Part shown: positions 18,742 through 22,885 of the stretch, in pieces
Numbering within the stretch: the first letter of the stretch is position 1
How the letters are laid out: each line of letters begins with the position of its first letter
Assembly (NCBI GenBank): GCA_965649055.1
Contig: CBFGJG010000033.1
Coordinates: 1-22,885, forward strand
Direction of reading: 5' to 3'
DNA from: a candidate division WOR-3 bacterium
Lineage (GTDB): Bacteria > Hydrothermota > UBA3072 > B12-G15
Length of the DNA: 22,885 nucleotides
Notes under the pieces: model-generated
The model's database searches: none
What the model was told of the DNA's origin: nothing
The model's input: only the letters and a program-made list of their open reading frames with translations
Program-made: the position numbers and the translations under genes

Positions 18742-21652
18742 TTACTGTTATTTTGAAGATCTTTTCTTTGTTTATCCTCATTATGTATATTCCCGCAGGA
18801 AGTTCTTTTATCATCATCTCTCCTTCCACAACCCCTTCTTTTATTTTCCTTCCCTGAATATCAAATAATTCTATTTCACTTCTTAGATTATCTTTATTAA
18901 GAATTATCCTATCAAACACTACATTGCTTACAGGTTGAACATCTCTTTCTTCAATCCCAAATTTTTCAAAATCAAATATACTTGAACTCGCGTCATTCTT
19001 TATTATCCCAATAAGCCCCATCGTTACCTTCGCGTTCCCTTTTATCTTTATTATCCTTTCTCCATTAAACTTTTTCACCTTGTAAATCGAAACACCATTA
19101 CAAATAGTCTTAGATTCTTCATTTAAAAGTTCTTCGTCAAGATATATATTCCCTTTTTTCTCAGGTGTCCAGTAAACAATGTATTTTGCATTCTCCATAT
19201 TTATATTATATAATAAACTATCGCCAAAGTCAAGTGCTATACCTTCCTCTGTCCTTATTATACTTTCTCTCCAAACAACATCAGATGAACCCCCTATTTT
19301 CAATGGTTCAATAATAATACCTATTGCATAAATGACATTTGATGCAGGACCTTCCTGGTTTAACATATCATAACAGGTAACATAATAATAATGTTCTGAA
19401 CCAGATTGAACCCTGTGTGTATAATTTGAATTCCTTGTCTTTCCTAATAGTTCCCAGGCACCATTCGGAACCCTATGATAAACATTATATGCAACCCTAT
19501 CCTGTTCTGTATTATCATTCCAGTCAAGATTGATATTCACAACACCAGGTCTATAAGGCGTAACATTATAAGTTAATCCTGTTGGTGCATCAGGAGCAAG
19601 TCCATCATCCCATCCAATAAATGTATTATTTCCTATATTACCGATATCTGAATATTGTGGATGTTCAGGTGGTTTTATATACTCATAACAATTTCCTCCA
19701 CTACAATAATATAACTTTCTTCTGAATTTCTGACTGTCAAATGTATCCACATAATCATATACTTCTTTCATTGAGATAAGATAATCATTATAACCAGAAG
19801 GTCCTATATATGTGCTTCCATAAGGTGTTTCTCTCCTTACAACATTCATTGCATGGAATGAGAATTCTCCATGCGGGACTGTATCCGTTCCTATTATTTC
19901 ATTTTCAGAGCCATAAACCACATAATTTTCCCAGTTCTCTATAGGATTTGGGTCTCTCTGCCATTGATTTATATTATACCAAGGAATATCATCTGCCCTC
20001 CATGCTAATTCTGTCCCACTTGCAGATGTTAATATAACAGTGTTATCTGATGAAAGGTCATCTATAAAACCACCACTATAACATTGTTGCATCCAGTAAA
20101 CTTTCTTACCTGCATTTACATTACTGAATTTCTCAGAAAAATCCTCATCACTTATCACATAATCTAATAGACAGAGATATGAATTATCACCATTTGAACC
20201 AAGACCTGAAAGGAATAGATAATTACCCTGTTTTGCTAACCCACTTATATATGCACCTTCAGGCTGATAATGTGAAACCAGAGATGGTAAATATGGATTT
20301 GAAACATCTACAATATAAACACCACCATCATATCCCGCAACGAAAAGATAATTCCCATATTTCTTAATCTCCATAGTATAGCATCCTTCAAGTAATATCT
20401 CTGATATTTCAGATAAAAGCTCGTCTCTGTAAAGAACCTTTAAAAAACCATCTCCACCTGCGTAAAGATAAAAACTATCTACTTCTACATCAAAAATTGG
20501 AGGAGAAAAATTAAAATATGAAACTTGTTCAGGTTCAGATATGCTAATAACCCCAATAAAGCCTGAAGAAACTGATTGGGGAATTGCTAAATAACAAGTA
20601 TCAGTTGTCGTCCCTCTTCTTACTCCAATCATAGGCCTATTTGTTTTATTAAAATATATAGAAGATATTTGTTGTGGATCTCCTGGATTGGAAATATCAT
20701 ATATTTTTAGGTACGAGTATCCCCCTGAAACTGCATAAAGTCTATTTCCACATATCTCAAAATCCGTTATCTGATTTTGATTATCTGTATCAACAACATA
20801 TGGTGCATCTGGATTACTTATATTCACGGTCTTTAAACCACTATTATTTAGACCAACATAAGCATAATTTCCTGAAACTTCAATAGAGAATGCATTTTCT
20901 CCTAAACCAAAATCAAGAACACCTCTTTCAACAAGTTCATCAGGATTTGTAGCATCTGTTATTGTGAGAAATCCTTTAAATCCATTTCCCATTGAAACTG
21001 TATAAACATAATTACCTTGAACTTCTATCTGGTAGCCAAAGATATTTGGGAACGAATAGCTAAGAGGCTGTGGACTGTTTAAGTTAGTAATATCAACAGA
21101 GTGTGTTGTCCAACCTGCTGTTCCGTGGTCATGTGTTAATACATAAAGATAATCATCCTCATCCATTGGTTCATAACCATAATTTTCATCACCTTCTGAT
21201 AGATACCTTATAAGCGAATCAAGCCCTTCTTTTGTAGCCTTTAAAGGAAGACCATCCGTGATTTTGTCACCACTCCATCCTTGGAGCCAATGATTTTCTG
21301 CCTTATATCTTATCCAGTTACATTCTTCATCCTGTCCATGTCCATACAAAACAAATATATGGTCTGTTAAAGCATCATTCCCATATAAAGAGAATTTTTG
21401 ATAATACCAAAGTAATTCCCAGTAAAGATATGCATCAGTCCAGAATTCCCAATATTCACTTGTTCCCTTTGAACCTTCAGTTGTATCAAGATTTATTACT
21501 TCCTTTAAAAACTCACCATTATACAATGGAAGTATATTTCCATCTTTCTTAAAACCACTAACAGAATTTGATATCACAACACCTATGTTATTCCTTATCC
21601 CAAATAATGAGATAGAAATAAATATTAAGATCAAAATCAACATTTTTTTCAT
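18734..21652 (-). CDS. Secreted clan CD (legumain/C13-like) cysteine peptidase with inserted LVIVD beta-propeller, FN3 domain and T9SS-like C-terminal domain
   Basis: Signal peptide; EFWTD...HIFVLYGHG; YLYVLTHDHG (His176); YWMQQCYSGGFIDDL (Cys524); VILTSA..E.AW; 7 LVIVD-type repeats at aa ~181-484; FN3 (APDAPTGL..LDWNDNTE..AYNVY..YYYVTCYD); tail ELFDIQGRKI..LPAGIYIMRI..KITVIR. AAAGGAGG SD. Confidence 0.85.
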   Translation of the reverse strand: MKKMLILILIFISISLFGIRNNIGVVISNSVSGFKKDGNILPLYNGEFLKEVINLDTTEGSKGTSEYWEFWTDAYLYWELLWYYQKFSLYGNDALTDHIFVLYGHGQDEECNWIRYKAENHWLQGWSGDKITDGLPLKATKEGLDSLIRYLSEGDENYGYEPMDEDDYLYVLTHDHGTAGWTTHSVDITNLNSPQPLSYSFPNIFGYQIEVQGNYVYTVSMGNGFKGFLTITDATNPDELVERGVLDFGLGENAFSIEVSGNYAYVGLNNSGLKTVNISNPDAPYVVDTDNQNQITDFEICGNRLYAVSGGYSYLKIYDISNPGDPQQISSIYFNKTNRPMIGVRRGTTTDTCYLAIPQSVSSGFIGVISISEPEQVSYFNFSPPIFDVEVDSFYLYAGGDGFLKVLYRDELLSEISEILLEGCYTMEIKKYGNYLFVAGYDGGVYIVDVSNPYLPSLVSHYQPEGAYISGLAKQGNYLFLSGLGSNGDNSYLCLLDYVISDEDFSEKFSNVNAGKKVYWMQQCYSGGFIDDLSSDNTVILTSASGTELAWRADDIPWYNINQWQRDPNPIENWENYVVYGSENEIIGTDTVPHGEFSFHAMNVVRRETPYGSTYIGPSGYNDYLISMKEVYDYVDTFDSQKFRRKLYYCSGGNCYEYIKPPEHPQYSDIGNIGNNTFIGWDDGLAPDAPTGLTYNVTPYRPGVVNINLDWNDNTEQDRVAYNVYHRVPNGAWELLGKTRNSNYTHRVQSGSEHYYYVTCYDMLNQEGPASNVIYAIGIIIEPLKIGGSSDVVWRESIIRTEEGIALDFGDSLLYNINMENAKYIVYWTPEKKGNIYLDEELLNEESKTICNGVSIYKVKKFNGERIIKIKGNAKVTMGLIGIIKNDASSSIFDFEKFGIEERDVQPVSNVVFDRIILNKDNLRSEIELFDIQGRKIKEGVVEGEMMIKELPAGIYIMRINKEKIFKITVIR

Positions 21653-21707
21653 TTAAACCTCCTTTTTACTTTTTATTAAGCGGTAAAATTTTATAAAGAT
21701 ATATTTC

Positions 21708-21738
21708 ACCCTTTGCACCCACTTATGATGCAAAGGGT
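21708..21738. other. 10-bp perfect inverted repeat in the peptidase leader
   Basis: ACCCTTTGCA (21708-21717), 11-nt loop, TGCAAAGGGT (21729-21738). Confidence 0.7.
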
Positions 21739-21819
21739 ATCCTGAATAAATTTAAACCTCCTGAATAATCTGAATATCTTACAATGATTATTGTTTATCT
21801 TGAAAACACAGTATTTAAC

Positions 21820-21838
21820 GAGAGAGAGAGAGAGAGAG
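21820..21838. repeat. Dinucleotide microsatellite G(AG)9
   Basis: gagagagagagagagagag read directly, in the intergenic region between the divergent peptidase and zupT genes. Confidence 0.95.
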
Positions 21839-21877
21839 TTTAAATTTGTATATGATAAAACTTATAATCATAATTTA

Positions 21878-21905
21878 TTTATAATAAAAAATAAAAATTT
21901 GTCAA
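21878..21905 (-). promoter_or_regulatory. Putative sigma70 promoter for the peptidase operon
   Basis: TTGACA (21905-21900), N16, TATAAA (21883-21878). Confidence 0.45.
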
Positions 21906-21983
21906 GAGTAAACTATAAATGTGATTAATAGTTAATTTTCTCAGTAATAAATCTCAGCAGACCTTTTTGCATATAAAATTTCA

Positions 21984-22018
21984 TTGAAATTTGGAAATTT
22001 TTAATAATAATCATAATA
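21984..22018 (+). promoter_or_regulatory. Putative zupT promoter with overlapping Fur-family-like box
   Basis: TTGAAA (21984-21989), N16, AATAAT (22006-22011), then 6 nt to the ATG at 22018. Positions 22000-22018 match the 19-bp Fur consensus at 14 of 19 sites, but the background is very AT-rich. Confidence 0.4.
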
Positions 22019-22806
22019 TGAATTTAGAAAATGTATTTTTAGCGTTTTTACTCACAATGCTGGCAGGACTTTCAACAGGGATTGGTAGTTTAATAGCATT
22101 CTTTTCTAAAAAATTTAATCCTTTTTTTCTCTCTGTTTCACTTGGTTTTTCTGCCGGTGTTATGATATATATATCATTCGTTGAAATATTCCAAAAGTCA
22201 AATATTTTATTTTTAGATTCCTTTGGAGCGAAGACAGGCTACTTTATGACTATCTTATCTTTTTTTATTGGTATTTTTATTATTGCATTGATAGATAAAC
22301 TTGTTCCATCATTTGAAAATCCACACGAGATAAAAATTTTAAAAGATGATAATACAAAATTGTACAGGATGGGTTTATTTTCAGCATTAGCAATTTCAAT
22401 ACATAATTTCCCTGAAGGTTTTGCAACATTCATTTCAGCACTTGAAAATCCAAAGATTGGTTTTAGTATCGCAATCGCAATTGCAATTCACAACATACCC
22501 GAAGGGATTGCGGTTTCAGTTCCTGTTTATTATGCCACAAAGAACAGGAAGAAGGCATTCTGGCTTTCATTTCTTTCAGGTTTATCAGAGCCATTAGGTG
22601 CTATAATCTTTTTCCTGATTTTAAGAAATTTTTTAAATGGAATTATATCTGGGATTGTTTACGGGATAGTTGCAGGGATTATGGTCTATATATCACTTGA
22701 TGAACTCTTACCAACCGCTGAAGAGTATGGTAAACATCATATTGCGATAGGGGGGCTTATATGTGGTATGATTTTAATCGCATTCAGTTTATTTTTGTTT
22801 AAATGA
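22018..22806 (+). CDS. zupT: ZIP family zinc/divalent metal transporter ZupT (GufA type)
   Basis: AGLSTGIG, LGFSAGVMIYISFVEI, ENPHE, IHNFPEG, IHNIPEGIAV, SGLSEP, AGIMVYISLDELLP. The ATG at 22018 (MNLENV) is preferred over the track's TTG at 21991. Confidence 0.93.
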   Translation: MNLENVFLAFLLTMLAGLSTGIGSLIAFFSKKFNPFFLSVSLGFSAGVMIYISFVEIFQKSNILFLDSFGAKTGYFMTILSFFIGIFIIALIDKLVPSFENPHEIKILKDDNTKLYRMGLFSALAISIHNFPEGFATFISALENPKIGFSIAIAIAIHNIPEGIAVSVPVYYATKNRKKAFWLSFLSGLSEPLGAIIFFLILRNFLNGIISGIVYGIVAGIMVYISLDELLPTAEEYGKHHIAIGGLICGMILIAFSLFLFK

Positions 22807-22885
22807 AATTCGGGAAGATCAGGGACATGATGGTACAATTTATTATAATTAACATTTAAGTTTTGTCTAAAAATTTTATCATAAA

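Noticed and set aside
20201..21112. Insert in the peptidase as an intein or intron
   Set aside because: It has no Cys/Ser start, His-Asn end or LAGLIDADG motif. It is in frame and consists of LVIVD repeats.
21440..21451. WEFW (WxxW C-mannosylation sequon) in the secreted peptidase as a substrate of the DPY19-like enzyme
   Set aside because: It is a single occurrence, falls in what appears to be a conserved core motif of the peptidase domain, and lies 15 kb from the GT gene. There is no evidence beyond coincidence.
21991..22017. ORF-track TTG start for zupT (MEIFNNNHN extension)
   Set aside because: The extension is low-complexity and covers the predicted promoter. The ATG at 22018 gives a normal ZupT N-terminus.
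2918..22433. Short 60-99 aa ORFs (2918, 6134, 7896, 8729, 9332, 12083, 13558, 14643, 16948, 20179, 20674, 22239)
   Set aside because: Each lies wholly or mostly antisense to a well-supported gene and has no recognisable motif.
22803..22885. Possible gene start or end after zupT (MKFGKIRDMM...)
   Set aside because: The plus frame closes after 18 codons, and too little sequence remains to support a minus-strand gene.

Overview
AT-rich bacterial chromosomal segment with no rRNA, tRNA, CRISPR array or recognisable mobile element. lptF/lptG indicate a diderm. T9SS-like C-terminal sorting domains occur together with strong AGGAGG Shine-Dalgarno sites, which points to a non-Bacteroidota FCB-type lineage such as WOR-3 (inference). 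Layout: (1) A divergent glycosylation locus. The minus strand carries an ArnT/PMT-like GT-C, a degenerate GT9-like protein, a GT4-like enzyme and an MFS transporter that is missing from the ORF track. The plus strand carries a membrane-anchored TPR protein, a GT-C enzyme that resembles eukaryotic DPY19 C-mannosyltransferases more than STT3/PglB, and a ZIP transporter. (2) dgt-lptF-lptG. (3) A minus-strand alpha-glucan operon: beta-barrel-like protein, glgB, GH57/DUF3536, malQ. (4) Two secreted proteins with T9SS-like tails. One is a clan CD (legumain/C13-like) cysteine peptidase with a 7-repeat LVIVD propeller inserted between its catalytic His and Cys, and it has a structured leader: an (AG)9 tract, a hairpin, a duplicated RBS and an AUU-initiated uORF. 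(5) zupT. Four genes have promoter geometry consistent with leaderless mRNAs. All family calls come from motifs recognised by eye, not from database searches.
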